A DNA stretch of 64,000 nucleotides from an uncultured Chloroflexia bacterium (GCA_963717065.1 CAVQVC010000001.1:2055546-2119545), one strand, 5' to 3'. Positions 22,173 through 32,993 are shown, numbered from the stretch's first letter. Translations and numbers: made by a program. The notes: a model not told the origin generated them from the letters alone.

Positions 22173-23582
22173 TTAGACGCCGGTTTCTGCAGCGATCTTG
22201 CCGGACTTGACCGCGCGCGCCAACGCTTGGTGATCACGCTCGGTCTGGTCGGCGTAGGAGCGCGCGAACCCGGCGATGGCTTCGGCCAGTGCGGCACCCT
22301 TGCCAACGTAACCAGTTGTCAGAGCAGCATCGCCGGCGCGACCGTGAGCCCTCGCCAGGATACCTGCACAGACGGTGACATACAGGGAGAACCCACCTTT
22401 GCCGAGCGCAGCGGTATCTAGTGAGCCCTTCATGTCGCTGAGCTGGCGCCAGTAGTACGTGGTGGCGACAAGGAGGCCGTGGTGCCAGCCCAGGAAAATG
22501 TCGCTCGCAGCCTGCATCAAACGCTGTCCGTGCACAACTCGCTCCGCCCCGGTCTTGAACGGACTCTTGCCGAGGTATGGCTCGAGGACGGAAGCCCCAG
22601 CCTCCTTTTGTTGCAGAATGATCGCGTCGTCCTCGCCGCCGCCTTCAAGAAGCACGACCGTACAGCGAGTTCCGACGCTGCCGACACCGCCTACTCGCAG
22701 CGCAGCGTCGACGATGCGAAAGCGTTCGAGGAGGCGCCGACGCTCGACATCGAGGCTGGCAAGGTACTCTCCCCAGATCTTCCCGATAGCGGCCTCCGGG
22801 TCCTCCAGCGGCACGGGGAGCATTTCAGAGATTGGCATCAGCAGGGGCGGGGCGATAAGGAAGCGCCTCTCGCCATCAATTACCGTCGTCAGACGAGCGA
22901 GCGACCGTGCTTGAGTCTTGCTCCTCGCCTTGGTCATCGTACGCTGAAAGCTCAATGATGCCTTGCGCGTCGAGGTCGCGAAAGCCTGCTGCACGCGCTC
23001 GGCGGCCACCTTGAAGTACCAGACGTCAAGCGTTGGCATTTTGCTGAACTGGCGGATCATCTGCGCGTAGAATTGGACCGCCCTTACGACGATATCGTGG
23101 CATGCCTGGTCGCTGTACCCGTGCTCCCGACCAGCCACAAAGGCGCTGGCTGCGAGCCTCTTCAAATCCCACTCCCAGGGACCCGGGTGTGTCTCATCGA
23201 AGTCGTTGAGGTCGAAGATCAGCTGACGCTCCGGCGACGCAAACAGTCCGAAATTGGCGATGTGCGCGTCTCCGCACAGTTGCGTTTGAATACGTGTAGA
23301 GGGTACGACGGCAAGGTCTGCTGCCATCACCCCCGCGGAGCCGCGAAGAAACGCGAATGGAGACGCCAGCATCCGCCCGTACTTGATCGGGAGCAATTGT
23401 TGGAGGCGGCCCTCGTCTTCGGCCTGGAGGAGGGCGATAGGATCCGCGCGGTCGTCGGCTGGAGACCACTGGCCGTGTCCTTTGATGGGGATAGTATCTC
23501 GCAACGACTTCCCGACGGCTTTGCGTTCTGGACGCGCGCCGTCGGGATGGAGTGGTTTGTGGAGCTTGTTCGTTGTCGCCAT
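22173..23582 (-). CDS. DUF2252 family protein (kinase-like fold)
   Basis: RMLASPFAFLRGSA, CGDAHIANFG, FDLNDFDE, WDLKRL, GVGSVG and LARAH; start MATTNK follows a GGAGG-like RBS. Confidence 0.9.
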   Translation of the reverse strand: MATTNKLHKPLHPDGARPERKAVGKSLRDTIPIKGHGQWSPADDRADPIALLQAEDEGRLQQLLPIKYGRMLASPFAFLRGSAGVMAADLAVVPSTRIQTQLCGDAHIANFGLFASPERQLIFDLNDFDETHPGPWEWDLKRLAASAFVAGREHGYSDQACHDIVVRAVQFYAQMIRQFSKMPTLDVWYFKVAAERVQQAFATSTRKASLSFQRTMTKARSKTQARSLARLTTVIDGERRFLIAPPLLMPISEMLPVPLEDPEAAIGKIWGEYLASLDVERRRLLERFRIVDAALRVGGVGSVGTRCTVVLLEGGGEDDAIILQQKEAGASVLEPYLGKSPFKTGAERVVHGQRLMQAASDIFLGWHHGLLVATTYYWRQLSDMKGSLDTAALGKGGFSLYVTVCAGILARAHGRAGDAALTTGYVGKGAALAEAIAGFARSYADQTERDHQALARAVKSGKIAAETGV

Positions 23583-23704
23583 GTGATGGCTCTCCCTCCG
23601 TTGCCGGAGAGCAGGTTCAACTCTGTAGAGTCTACAGCCAGACCCGATGTTACACACCGAGAAATAGCGTCGAGAGAGTACCCGGAGATCAACGACGTGT
23701 CGGT

Positions 23705-23761
23705 TTGACAAACGAACGTTTGGTAGCGTATATCTGAATGGCCCATACAAACGCTCGTTTG
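23705..23761 (+). promoter_or_regulatory. Promoter with two palindromic operators (CAAACG-N2-CGTTTG)
   Basis: TTGACA 23705-23710, TATATC 23729-23734; operators at 23709-23722 and 23748-23761. Confidence 0.8.
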
Positions 23762-23772
23762 AGTCTACTTTT

Positions 23773-24231
23773 ATGTCTGACGCCTCACCATCCGCCCAGG
23801 CCGAAGTTCTGTCCGCTCCGCACGTCCTGGAGTACCCGTACAAGCGCAGCCTGGGACCGGTTATCGGCCGTTTTTTCACATCCTTGCGCGAAGGGCGAAT
23901 TGAGGGGATCAAGACGGCCGCCGGCCGAGTGATCGTGCCACCGACTGAGTATGACCCGGAGACGAGCGAGCCGCTCTCCGAGTTCGTCGAGGTGGGCTCG
24001 GCAGGTGTCGTGATGTCATGGGCCTGGGTGACCCGGCCACGGGCCAATCACCCGCTGCAACAGCCGTTCGCCTGGGCGCTTGTGAGGCTGGACGGCGCGG
24101 ACACGGGAATGCTACACGCGGTTGACGCCGGAAGCGAGTCCGCAATGAGCACGGGCATGCGCGTGCGGGTCCGCTGGGCGAGCGAGCGCGAGGGCGGGAT
24201 GCGGGACATTGCATGTTTCGAGCCGGAGTGA
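23773..24231 (+). CDS. DUF35 OB-fold protein (like N-half of Rv3521)
   Basis: YPYKRSLGP, VPPTEYDP, PFAWALVRLDGADT and TGMRV. Confidence 0.85.
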   Translation: MSDASPSAQAEVLSAPHVLEYPYKRSLGPVIGRFFTSLREGRIEGIKTAAGRVIVPPTEYDPETSEPLSEFVEVGSAGVVMSWAWVTRPRANHPLQQPFAWALVRLDGADTGMLHAVDAGSESAMSTGMRVRVRWASEREGGMRDIACFEPE

Positions 24232-24233
24232 TC

Positions 24234-24728
24234 GTGAGCGACGAACCGCTAACCGTGATGCGCTCACCGCTCAAGCTGGAGTACACGTACACCGCAGGCC
24301 AGACTTCGTCGCGCGTCCTCCGCGGGTTCGCCGAGGGCAGGATCCTCGCCCGCCGCTGCCCGGAGTGCCAGAAAGTCTACGTGCCATCGCGAGTCAACTG
24401 CCCGATCTGCACGTCCATGATGACCGAAGAGGTGGAGCTGCCGCACACGGGTACGATCACCAAGTTTTGTATCGTGAACCTGCCGTTCGCGGCGCGAAAC
24501 ATCGACATCCCATACGTAAGCGCCTCGGTCCTGCTGGACGGGGCCGACGTGCCCATATTCCACCTGATCCAGGAGATCCCGTACGACCAGATACGCATCG
24601 GCATGCGTGTCGAAGCGGTCTGGGAGGAGCCGGCAGACAGAATCCCGGGGATGGAGAGCATCAAGCACTTCCGGCCTACCGGCGAACCGGATGTCGAGAT
24701 CGACCTGTTCGAGGACGCCGGTGCGTAA
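24234..24728 (+). CDS. DUF35 Zn-ribbon/OB-fold protein (like C-half of Rv3521)
   Basis: RCPECQKVYVPSRVNCPIC, LDGAD, IGMRVEAVW and FRPTGEPD. Confidence 0.88.
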   Translation: MSDEPLTVMRSPLKLEYTYTAGQTSSRVLRGFAEGRILARRCPECQKVYVPSRVNCPICTSMMTEEVELPHTGTITKFCIVNLPFAARNIDIPYVSASVLLDGADVPIFHLIQEIPYDQIRIGMRVEAVWEEPADRIPGMESIKHFRPTGEPDVEIDLFEDAGA

Positions 24729-25776
24729 CGTCGCCGTAGTCGCCTTCGCGCAGTCGCCCAGCGTGCGCCAGGACCCTATCCACAACGAGGTGGAGATCCT
24801 CACGCCGGTCATCGCCGAGGCGATCAAGCGGAGCGGCATCCCGCGACAGGAGATCGGCTTCACCTGCTCCGGAAGTTGCGATTACCTCACAGGCGTGCCG
24901 TTCTCGTTTGTATCGGCGCTCGACGCCGTCGGCGCCTGGCCGCCGATCCGCGAGTCGCACGTCGAGATGGACGGCGCCTGGGCGCTGTACGAGGCGTGGG
25001 TGCGCCTCCAGGTCGGTGACATCGACTCGGCGCTCGTCTACGGCTTCGGGAAGTCCTCGGTCGGCGACCCACGGGACGTCTCCGTCGCGCAGCTCGACCC
25101 CTACTACGTAGCGCCGCTTTGGCCAGACTCGGTGAGCCTCGCTGCGCTGCAGGCACGGGCGCTGCTGGATTCCAACGGATACACGGAGCGTGACTTCGCG
25201 GAAGTGGCGGCCCGAAACCTGAAGAATGCCAAGCGAAATCCGATGGCCCAGGTGAACGGAGTATACGACGTCCAGGAGTTGCTGAACGCACCCTATGACG
25301 TCTCGCCGCTGCGCGAGCACGACTGCCCGCCGATCACCGACGGCGCGGCGGCGATGGTGCTGGCCGCGGCCGACCTTGCGCGGAAAGTCAGCGAACGACC
25401 GGCGTGGATCGCCGGGATCGACCATCGCATTGAGGCGCACTCGCTGGGTGCGCGCGATCTCACGAAATCGCCTTCGGCGGCGCTGGCGGCCGAGAAGGCC
25501 GGTGCAGAACACGGCCCTCTGGACGTGGCGGAGCTGCACGCGCCCTTCAGCCACCAGGAGCTGATCCTGCGAGATGCGCTGAAGTTAGGCGAGGAAGTCG
25601 AGATCAACCCCTCCGGCGGCGCTCTGGCGGCAAACCCGATCATGGCGACAGGACTGATCCGCATCGGCGAAGCGGCCTCGCGGATCATGAACGGGACAGC
25701 GAAGCGAACGCTCGGACACGCAACCTCCGGCCCTTGCCTGCAGCAGAACCTCGTCTGCGTCATGGAGGCCCGCTGA
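24721..25776 (+). CDS. Thiolase-like/SCP2-type lipid-transfer protein (Ltp4-like)
   Basis: SGSCDYL, WPPIRESHVEMDGAWALYEAW, ELHAPFSHQE, NPSGGAL and HATSGPCLQQN. Confidence 0.88.
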   Translation: MRNVAVVAFAQSPSVRQDPIHNEVEILTPVIAEAIKRSGIPRQEIGFTCSGSCDYLTGVPFSFVSALDAVGAWPPIRESHVEMDGAWALYEAWVRLQVGDIDSALVYGFGKSSVGDPRDVSVAQLDPYYVAPLWPDSVSLAALQARALLDSNGYTERDFAEVAARNLKNAKRNPMAQVNGVYDVQELLNAPYDVSPLREHDCPPITDGAAAMVLAAADLARKVSERPAWIAGIDHRIEAHSLGARDLTKSPSAALAAEKAGAEHGPLDVAELHAPFSHQELILRDALKLGEEVEINPSGGALAANPIMATGLIRIGEAASRIMNGTAKRTLGHATSGPCLQQNLVCVMEAR

Positions 25777-26948
25777 TGGCCGAGCGGTGCGCCGTCGTCG
25801 GCATCGGGCAGACGAAGTACAGCGCCAAGCGCGTCGACGTCTCGATGGCGGGGCTTGTGCGGGAAGCGGCGCTGCGCGCGCTGGAAGACGCCGAGATGAC
25901 CTGGAAGGACATCGATGCCGTGGTTATCGGCAAGGCGCCGGACATGTTCGAGGGCGTGATGATGCCGGAAATCTACCTGGCAGACGCCCTCGGCGCGGTC
26001 GGCAAGCCGATGATGCGCGTGCACACCGCGGGCAGCGTCGGCGGTTCGACGGCGATCGTCGCGTCGCACCTGGTGCAGGCGGGCGTGTTCGAGCGGGTGC
26101 TGACGGTGGCCTACGAGAAGCAGTCAGAGAGCGACGCGACCTGGGCGCTGACGCTGCGCATACCGTTCTCGCTGCCACTGGTGGCGGGCGCGGGCGGCTA
26201 CTTCGCGCCGCACGATACGCCAGTACATCAAGCGCTCGGGCGCGCCTGACCACATCGGGACTATGGTGGCGGTGAAGGACCGGCTCAACGCGCTGCGCAA
26301 CCCCTACGCCCACCTGCACATGGAGGACATCAACGCCGAGATGGTGATGGCCTCGCCGATGCTCTGGGACCCGTTCGCGTTACCTCGAGACCTGCCCGTC
26401 CTCCGACGGCGCCTGCGCGATGGTGCTGACGAACGAGAAGGGCGCGGAGCGCGGTCGAAGGACCCGGCGTGGGTGCTGGCGACCGCGATGCGCAGCGAGC
26501 CGATGATCGTTCCCCGGCCGCGACGAGGTGAGCCCGCGCGCCGGACGCGACTGCCGCGGCGGAACTGTACCGCGAGGCCGGGATCACGAACCCGCGCGAT
26601 GAGATCGACGTCGCGGAGGTCTACGTGCCGTTCAGCTGGTACGAGCCGATGTGGATGGAGAACCTGGGCTTCACGCCGAAGAACGAGGGCTGGAAGATGA
26701 CCGCCGACGGCGCGACCGCGTTCGACGGCGACCTGCCGGTGAACCCGTCCGGCGGCGTGCTCTCCTCGAACCCGATCGGCGCGTCCGGCATGATCCGCTT
26801 CGCGGAGGCGGCGCTGCAGGTGCGCGGGCAGGCGGGCGAGCACCAGGTGGATGGCGCGAAGGTCGCGCTGGGCCACGCCTACGGCGGCGGGTCGCAGTTC
26901 TTCTCGATGTGGATCGTCGGAAGCGAGAAGCCGTTAGGTGTCAGGTGA
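25776..26948 (+). CDS. Thiolase-like lipid-transfer protein/aldolase (Ltp3-like); frameshifted
   Basis: GKAPDMFEGVMMPE, RVHTAGSVGGST, YVPFSWYEPMW, NPSGGVLSSNPIGASG and HAYGGGSQFF. Confidence 0.88.
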
Positions 26949-28570
26949 TGCAGTTCAACCTCGCGGACCTCTACGAGAGCGTCGCGGACGCCATACCCGA
27001 CCGTGAGGCGCTGGTCTGCGGCGAGCGGCGGCTGACGTTCCGGCAGCTCGACGAGCGGGCGACCCGGCTGGCGCACTCACCTTGCGGCGCAGGGGATCAA
27101 GCAGGGCGACCACATCGGGCTCTACCTGTACAACGGCACGGAGTACATCGAGGGGAGCGCTGGCGGCGTACAAGATCCGCGCCGTGCCGATCAACATCAA
27201 CTACCGCTACGTCGAGGACGAGCTCGAGTACCTGTTCGACAACGCCGACCTCGTCGCGCTCGTCCACCACCGCGAGTTCGCGCCGCGGGTCGCCTCGGTC
27301 GCGGCGAAGATGCCGAAACTGCAGACGTTCGTCTCCGTCGACGACGGCAGCGGCGCTGACGACAAAGCGCTCGGCGCTGCCGACTACGAGGCGGCGCTCG
27401 CGAAAGCATCGCCGGAGCGCGAACTTCGCGCCGCGCTCCGGGCGACGACGTCTACATCCTCTACACCGGCGGCACGACGGGCATGCCCAAGGGCGTGATG
27501 TGGCGGCACGAGGACCTGTTCTTCTCGGCGCTGATGGGCGGCGAACCCCTACGGCCCGGCGCCGCGAGACCCCGGAGCAGGTCGCTCAGTCAGCCGCGAG
27601 CAAGGGCGTGATGACCGCGCTCCCGGCGGCGCCGCTGATGCACGGCGCGGCGCAGTGGGCGGCGCTCATCAACCTGTACGGCGGCGGCAAGACCGTGCTG
27701 GCGAAGGGGAAGTCGTTCGACCCGCACCAGGTCTGGCGCCTCGTCCAGGACGAGAGGCGTGAACACGATCGCCATCGTCGGCGACGCGATGGCGCGGCCG
27801 CTGGCGGAGGCGCTCGGGGAGCCGGGCGCGACGTACGACCTCTCGTCCCTGCGGGTGCTGGGCAGCGGCGGCGCGACGTTCTCCGAGCCCGTGAAGGAGC
27901 AGCTCAAGCAGCACCTGCCGAACGCTGATCATCATGGACAACTTCGGCGGCTCTGAAGGCGGGCGCACCAGGGCCAGCACGTGGGGCGCGGCGCCGACGG
28001 CACCGCGCCCCGCTTCCGCGCCGACGCCGACACCGCCGTGCTCGACGGAGGAGCACAAGCCGCTCGCGCCGGGCTCCGGCGAGGTCGGGCTGGCTGGCGC
28101 GCCGCGGCCGCATCCCGCTCGGCTACTACAAGGACGCGGAGAAGACGGCGCGCGACGTTCGTCGACGGTCGGACGGCGTGCGCTGGGCGCTCCCCGGCGA
28201 CTTCGCGACGGTCGAGGCCGACGGCACGATCACGCTGCTCGGCCGCGGCTCGGTCTGCATCAACAGCGGCGGCGAGAAGATCTACCCGGAGGAGGTGGAG
28301 GCGGCGGTGCGCTCGCACCCCGCCGTCTTCGACGCGGTCGTCGTCGGCGTGCCGGACGAGCGCTGGGGCGAGCGCGTCGCGGCGGTCGTGCAGCCGCGGC
28401 CGGGCGCGAGCCGTCACGCTCGAGGACCTCGACACGCACTGCCGCGACGCACGTCTCCGGCTACAAGGTGCCGCGCGGGCTGCACGCTGGTGGAGGAGAT
28501 GGTGCGGCAGCCGAGCGGCAAGCCGGACTACAAGTGGGCGAAGACCATGGCGATGGAGGTGGGGGAGTGA
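26948..28570 (+). CDS. Acyl-CoA synthetase (FadD19-like); many frameshifts
   Basis: MQFNLADL, NINYRYV, YTGGTTGMPKGVMW, PLMHGAAQW, LGRGSVCINSGGEKIYPEEVE and PSGKPDY. Confidence 0.88.
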
Positions 28571-28605
28571 GTGGAGGCTGGTTGAGCGGAGCCTTAACCT
28601 ACCGC

Positions 28606-28998
28606 TTATTGAGCAACGACCTGCACGGTCGTCCCGATAGCCGGGCAAGGCTGATTTTGCTGTACCGGGAGGTTGGCAACATACCGGAGCGTCTTCAGCG
28701 CATCCACTGCATTGACTGTCCCGCTGCAGTCGTCGTCGCCCCAAGTGCGTAGTTCGCCATTGACTCCGACTGTGAACCCAATGCCCCAGAATGGGCAGGC
28801 ACTTTCGCCCTGAGGCTGCGGCAACCCGGCGGAATACCGGAGTATCCAGAGTGAGTCGACTGAGTCGATTGCGGTCGAGCAGTTAATGTCGCCCCACTGT
28901 ACAGGAGTAGCCTCGCCTCCTGCTGCCCGATTAGCAGCCGCAACCAGCATCGCACAGCCGACGACGCAGAAAATTACCCCAACAGATAGGCGTAGCAT
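28606..28998 (-). CDS. Small secreted protein consisting of a dockerin-like domain
   Basis: Hydrophobic N-terminus; two repeats WGDINCSTAIDSVDSLWILRY and WGDDDCSGTVNAVDALKTLRY. Confidence 0.7.
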   Translation of the reverse strand: MLRLSVGVIFCVVGCAMLVAAANRAAGGEATPVQWGDINCSTAIDSVDSLWILRYSAGLPQPQGESACPFWGIGFTVGVNGELRTWGDDDCSGTVNAVDALKTLRYVANLPVQQNQPCPAIGTTVQVVAQ

Positions 28999-29002
28999 CG
29001 GC

Positions 29003-29674
29003 TCAGAACTTGATCGTGACCATCGTGCCAAGGTCTGCACAGGGCTCAACCTGTGTATAGCTAAGTCCTGCAGAGTATCGAAGAACGATGTCCGAATCCG
29101 CCATGTCAACGTCGCTATCGCATTGGACATCGCCCCAGAGACCGGTGGTTGTGGTTGAGCCCTGCTGAATAGTGATGAAGCCAACAGTCGTCGATGACGC
29201 GTGTAGCTCGCGTCCTTCCTGGTCGGCGAGCTGTGTGGCGTTAACCTGAACGACCGCGGTTGCGTCTACCTCGCGTGTCGCAAACTCGATCTCAACCATC
29301 CGGAGTTGGCCCGTGACCCCGAGGAGTGAGACACCGGTGACCCGCGCCATGCCGGGCGAGAACTGCGGATTGCACAAGCCGTCGTACGCCGGCCGACAAG
29401 ACGAGACCTTTAGCAGACCGGGATCGTATTGGATGTCAAGCGTCCAGCTTCCGAGGCTGGTGCCGCTTACATTACCCGCGATGGCAATCGATGCCGTCTG
29501 TCCGCGCTGCACACTGGCTGATTCAACTGCGAAGGAGATATTTGCAGCGTCAGCGGAACTGGGTGCTTGAGACGTCCCAAGGGCGACGCACAGACCGAGA
29601 AACCCTGCAAGGCGTACGGCAGCCACCAGCGAATTCGGGCGTCGCGCCTCTCGAATAGTCCAGTCAACAGCCAT
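29003..29674 (-). CDS. Secreted cohesin-like domain protein with a C-terminal dockerin-like repeat
   Basis: Signal peptide; GQTASIAI...LGSWTLDIQYDPGLLKV...RMVEIEF beta-sandwich pattern; tail WGDVQCDSDVDMADSDIVLRY..EPC. Confidence 0.65.
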   Translation of the reverse strand: MAVDWTIREARRPNSLVAAVRLAGFLGLCVALGTSQAPSSADAANISFAVESASVQRGQTASIAIAGNVSGTSLGSWTLDIQYDPGLLKVSSCRPAYDGLCNPQFSPGMARVTGVSLLGVTGQLRMVEIEFATREVDATAVVQVNATQLADQEGRELHASSTTVGFITIQQGSTTTTGLWGDVQCDSDVDMADSDIVLRYSAGLSYTQVEPCADLGTMVTIKF

Positions 29675-29796
29675 CGGGGCACCCCTCGGCGTTGGTCTCT
29701 TCTGTCGCAGACTACTCCCGCTTTCGGGATCTGTCAACACAGGTGAATGTTTGGACTTCAGACTAGTGTTGAATGTGCGCGTCTGCACGCTAGCGT

Positions 29797-29850
29797 TTGA
29801 CAGCGCTGCACTCGTCACGCTATACCAGAAGGCACACAAACGCTCGTTTG
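29797..29850 (+). promoter_or_regulatory. Promoter with one CAAACG-N2-CGTTTG operator
   Basis: TTGACA 29797-29802, TATACC 29821-29826; operator at 29837-29850. Confidence 0.75.
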
Positions 29851-29940
29851 CCTGGCACGGGAGCACGCATTGACCGGTTCACAAACCCCCCAGATTCTTC
29901 GCCCACCCCTCGCCTTCCTTCGTCCCCCGCGAGGCTCAGA

Positions 29941-30760
29941 ATGACACAAGTCGCAGCGCCCGCACTGCTCGTCGAGCGCGACGGCCACATCGTGACGTGC
30001 ACGATGAACCGGCCCGAGGTGAAGAACGCGCTCAACCCGGAGATGCTCTGCCGGATGGCCGACGCCTGGGACCTGATCGACGGCGACCCGGAGGTGCGGG
30101 TGGCGATCCTGACCGGCGCGGATGGGGCGTTCTGCGCGGGCGCGGACCTCGACAAGCTGGTCGGGCGGATGACTCGCGGGCTGCCGGCGGAGGACGAGTG
30201 GGAGGACCGCGTGCGCAAGGACTACTCGATCATCTTCAAGGGACTCCTGCGCAACTACCAGCTCAAGAAGCCGCTGATCGCCGCGGTCGAGGGGCCGTGC
30301 ATCGCCGGGAGGCACGGAGATCCTGCAGGGGACGGACATCCGCGTGGCGGGCGAGGGCGCGACGTTCGGGATCTCGGAGGTGCGCTGGAGCCTGTTCCCG
30401 ATGGGCGGCTCGACGATCCGGCTGCGGCGCCAGATCCCGTACACGCGGGCGATGGAGCTGCTGCTGACCGGCGACCACTACCCGGCGGAGGAGATGGAGC
30501 GCATCGGCCTGATCGGCCGCGTCGTGCCGAAGGGGCAGGCGCTGACGGTGGCGCGCGAGATCGCCGAGCGCGTCGCGGCGAACGGCCCGCTGGCGGTGCA
30601 GGCGATCAAGCGCTCGGTGCAGGAGACGGAGGGGCTGCCGGAGTCGCAGGCGCTGGACATCGAGCAGCGGATCGGCCAGCCGGTGTTCCAGAGCGAGGAC
30701 GCTCGGGAAGGGCCTAAAGCCTTCAAGGAAAAACGCACGCCCCAGTTCAAAGGAAAGTAG
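29941..30760 (+). CDS. Enoyl-CoA hydratase/crotonase (EchA19-like); frameshift near 30310
   Basis: [44 protein letters not shown] and [10 protein letters not shown]. Confidence 0.9.
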
Positions 30761-30856
30761 AGCCAAGCAATGTAGCAGCCTGCCCGCCCGCGAAGCCTTC
30801 AGCCCACCCCGTGGCGACGCAGCCCAACAGTCCTTCGCCGCTGCGGACGCGCAGGC

Positions 30857-30943
30857 GGGGTGTGCAGAGGGGCAGAGCCCCTCGCCGGGGGTTTCAGGGG
30901 GTGTCCCCCTGAGCTAATAAATCAATCGGGCGGGTGGGTGGGT
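30857..30943. repeat. Palindromic REP/MITE-like intergenic element
   Basis: Tandem hairpins gaggggc-aga-gcccctc (30867-30883) and tcaggggg-tgt-ccccctga (30894-30912), followed by a gggcgggtgggtggg run; only one copy in this window. Confidence 0.4.
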
Positions 30944-31027
30944 CCATACTGAAGACACGGGCGTTCGATGACCCACCGCCCGCGTCACTCAGAAGCCGCG
31001 GGTGACGGCACAGAAGGAGAACAACCC

Positions 31028-32239
31028 ATGACCACCACAGCAGCACCCACCAACTTCAACCTCAGCGAGGAGCACAACCTCGTCCGCAGCTCGGTGAAGC
31101 AGATGCTCTCGCGGTTCGAGGGGAAGCGCGAGGAGTTCCGGGAGCTGGCGATCAACGAGAAACGATTCCCGCAGGAGCTCTGGGACGGCTTCGCGGATGT
31201 GGGGCTGATGGGTTGCCTGGTGCCGGAGGAGTACGGCGGCAACGGCGCCGGGCTGCTGGCGCTGACGGTGGGCTTCGAGGAGATCACGGCGAACGCCTTC
31301 TCCCCGGGGCTGCTGCTGGTGACGGCGATGGACAGCGCCTGCCTGCTGAAGAACGGCTCGCCGGAGCTGAAGCAGCGGTTCCTGCCCGGAATCGCCGACG
31401 GCTCGCTCAAGTTCTGCTTCGCGATCACCGAGCCGGACGCCGGCACGAACACGTTCCGCCTGAAGACGATGGCGAAGCGCGACGGCGACGACTACGTCCT
31501 CAACGGCCAGAAGACGTTCATCTCGGGCGTCGATGTGGCCGACTACATGCTGGTGGTGGCGCGGACGACCTCGGCGGAGGAACTGGAGGCGCAGGGGAAG
31601 CCGAAGTCGCAGGGGATCTCGCTGTTCGTGGTGGACACGAAGTCGCCGGGGCTGGAGAAGACGCCGCTGAAGATCGGCCTGAGCGAGGAGCTGACGCAGT
31701 GGCACCTGTTCTTCGACAACATGCGCGTGCCGGCGGACCAGCTGGTGGGGCAGGAAGGGAACGGCGTGTTCGCGATGTTCAACTCGCTGAACCCCGAGCG
31801 CATCCTGGCGGCGGCGATCTGCGCGGGGATGGCGGAGTACGCGCTGAAGAAGGCGGTGACGTACGCGCAGGAGCGGAAGGTGTTCAAGGACACGCCGATC
31901 GGGGCGTACCAGTCGATCGCGCACCCGCTGGCGGAGGTGAAGATCAACCTCGAGGCGGTGAAGCTGATGACGTACCGGGCGGCCTGGGCGTTCGACCAGG
32001 GGATGAACCCGGCGGAGGTGGGAACGTACGCCAACATGGCGAAGTTCCTGGGCGCCGACCTGGCGATCAAGGCCGTCGACGCGGCGATCGAGACGCACGG
32101 CGGCGTGGGGTTCGTCGAGGAGACTGGGCTGATCGGGCTCTGGAACGGTGCGCGGCTGTTCAAGACGGCGCCGGTGAGCCGGGAGATGCTGCTGAACTAC
32201 GTGTCGGAGTGGAACCTGGGGCTGCCGAAGAGCTATTAG
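31028..32239 (+). CDS. Acyl-CoA dehydrogenase
   Basis: VPEEYGG, FAITEPDAGTN, LNGQKTFISG, RKVF..PIGAYQSIAHPLA and THGGVG. Confidence 0.93.
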   Translation: MTTTAAPTNFNLSEEHNLVRSSVKQMLSRFEGKREEFRELAINEKRFPQELWDGFADVGLMGCLVPEEYGGNGAGLLALTVGFEEITANAFSPGLLLVTAMDSACLLKNGSPELKQRFLPGIADGSLKFCFAITEPDAGTNTFRLKTMAKRDGDDYVLNGQKTFISGVDVADYMLVVARTTSAEELEAQGKPKSQGISLFVVDTKSPGLEKTPLKIGLSEELTQWHLFFDNMRVPADQLVGQEGNGVFAMFNSLNPERILAAAICAGMAEYALKKAVTYAQERKVFKDTPIGAYQSIAHPLAEVKINLEAVKLMTYRAAWAFDQGMNPAEVGTYANMAKFLGADLAIKAVDAAIETHGGVGFVEETGLIGLWNGARLFKTAPVSREMLLNYVSEWNLGLPKSY

Positions 32240-32993
32240 GCGACTTTGGCAGCGCAAACTGCTTGCCGAGCTGGTACGCGCGCTCGAGATACCCGTTCAA
32301 CTTGTCAGTGTTGCCATCGTGCATTGCGTAAAAGTAAACGTGTTCCACGCTCTCAATGCCGGGGAAGCGGAGGCACCAGTCGTCCATCAGCCGCCCCATA
32401 GCCTCTCCGATCCCAAGCGATTCGTAGCTACGTTCGTCAAAGATAGTTGAGCTTATGATCAGGGCCTTTTGGTGCTTCAACAGCGGTATTCTTCCGCCGA
32501 CATCGCCGTTCCAGCCTTCGAGCGAAAGCTCATACGCGAATCCGAGGGTGAACACGCGCTCCACCCAGCCCTTCAGAATTGCCGGGAAGCCCACAAAGTA
32601 GACAGGCGCGATGAACGCCAGAGCATCAGCGTCGGCCACCTTTTTCTGTTGCTCGAGCACGTCCTTTGGCACTGCACTGTGGATTGCCCTCGCGATAGAA
32701 GGAAGGTCCTTGTCCCGGAGCCAGCGCCTTGCCATGAACCGCTGAAATGGGTTCTTGCAGGAGTCGAGCACGGCCTGCCGCAAGTCCCCGCGCTCAAGCA
32801 CCTCGAGAGGAGTGTCACCGGTGATGTAGCTCCCGTGGTCTCTTTCGTCGAAGACGGGGTTGAAGCGTGCGGCATAGAGGTCGACGACCTCGTAAGAGTG
32901 TCCCGCGTCTTTCAGCCCCGCTGTGAACCGCTCCAGGGCCGCATGGCAAAACGACTTGGGATTGGGGTGCGCGTATATCGTCAAGACCTTCAT
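32160..32993 (-). CDS. NAD(P)H-dependent oxidoreductase, flavodoxin-like (NQO/MdaB family)
   Basis: IYAHPNPKSF, DLY..FNP and PVYFVGFPAILKGWVERVF; 3' end overlaps the convergent ACAD. Confidence 0.88.
   Translation of the reverse strand: MKVLTIYAHPNPKSFCHAALERFTAGLKDAGHSYEVVDLYAARFNPVFDERDHGSYITGDTPLEVLERGDLRQAVLDSCKNPFQRFMARRWLRDKDLPSIARAIHSAVPKDVLEQQKKVADADALAFIAPVYFVGFPAILKGWVERVFTLGFAYELSLEGWNGDVGGRIPLLKHQKALIISSTIFDERSYESLGIGEAMGRLMDDWCLRFPGIESVEHVYFYAMHDGNTDKLNGYLERAYQLGKQFALPKSPNSSSAAPGSTPTRSSAASPGSPAPS

Noticed and set aside
32160-32239. 80-bp convergent overlap of the ACAD and NAD(P)H oxidoreductase 3' ends
   Set aside because: The overlapping tail is low-complexity and probably reflects a lost stop or an indel near 32236; no evidence of function.
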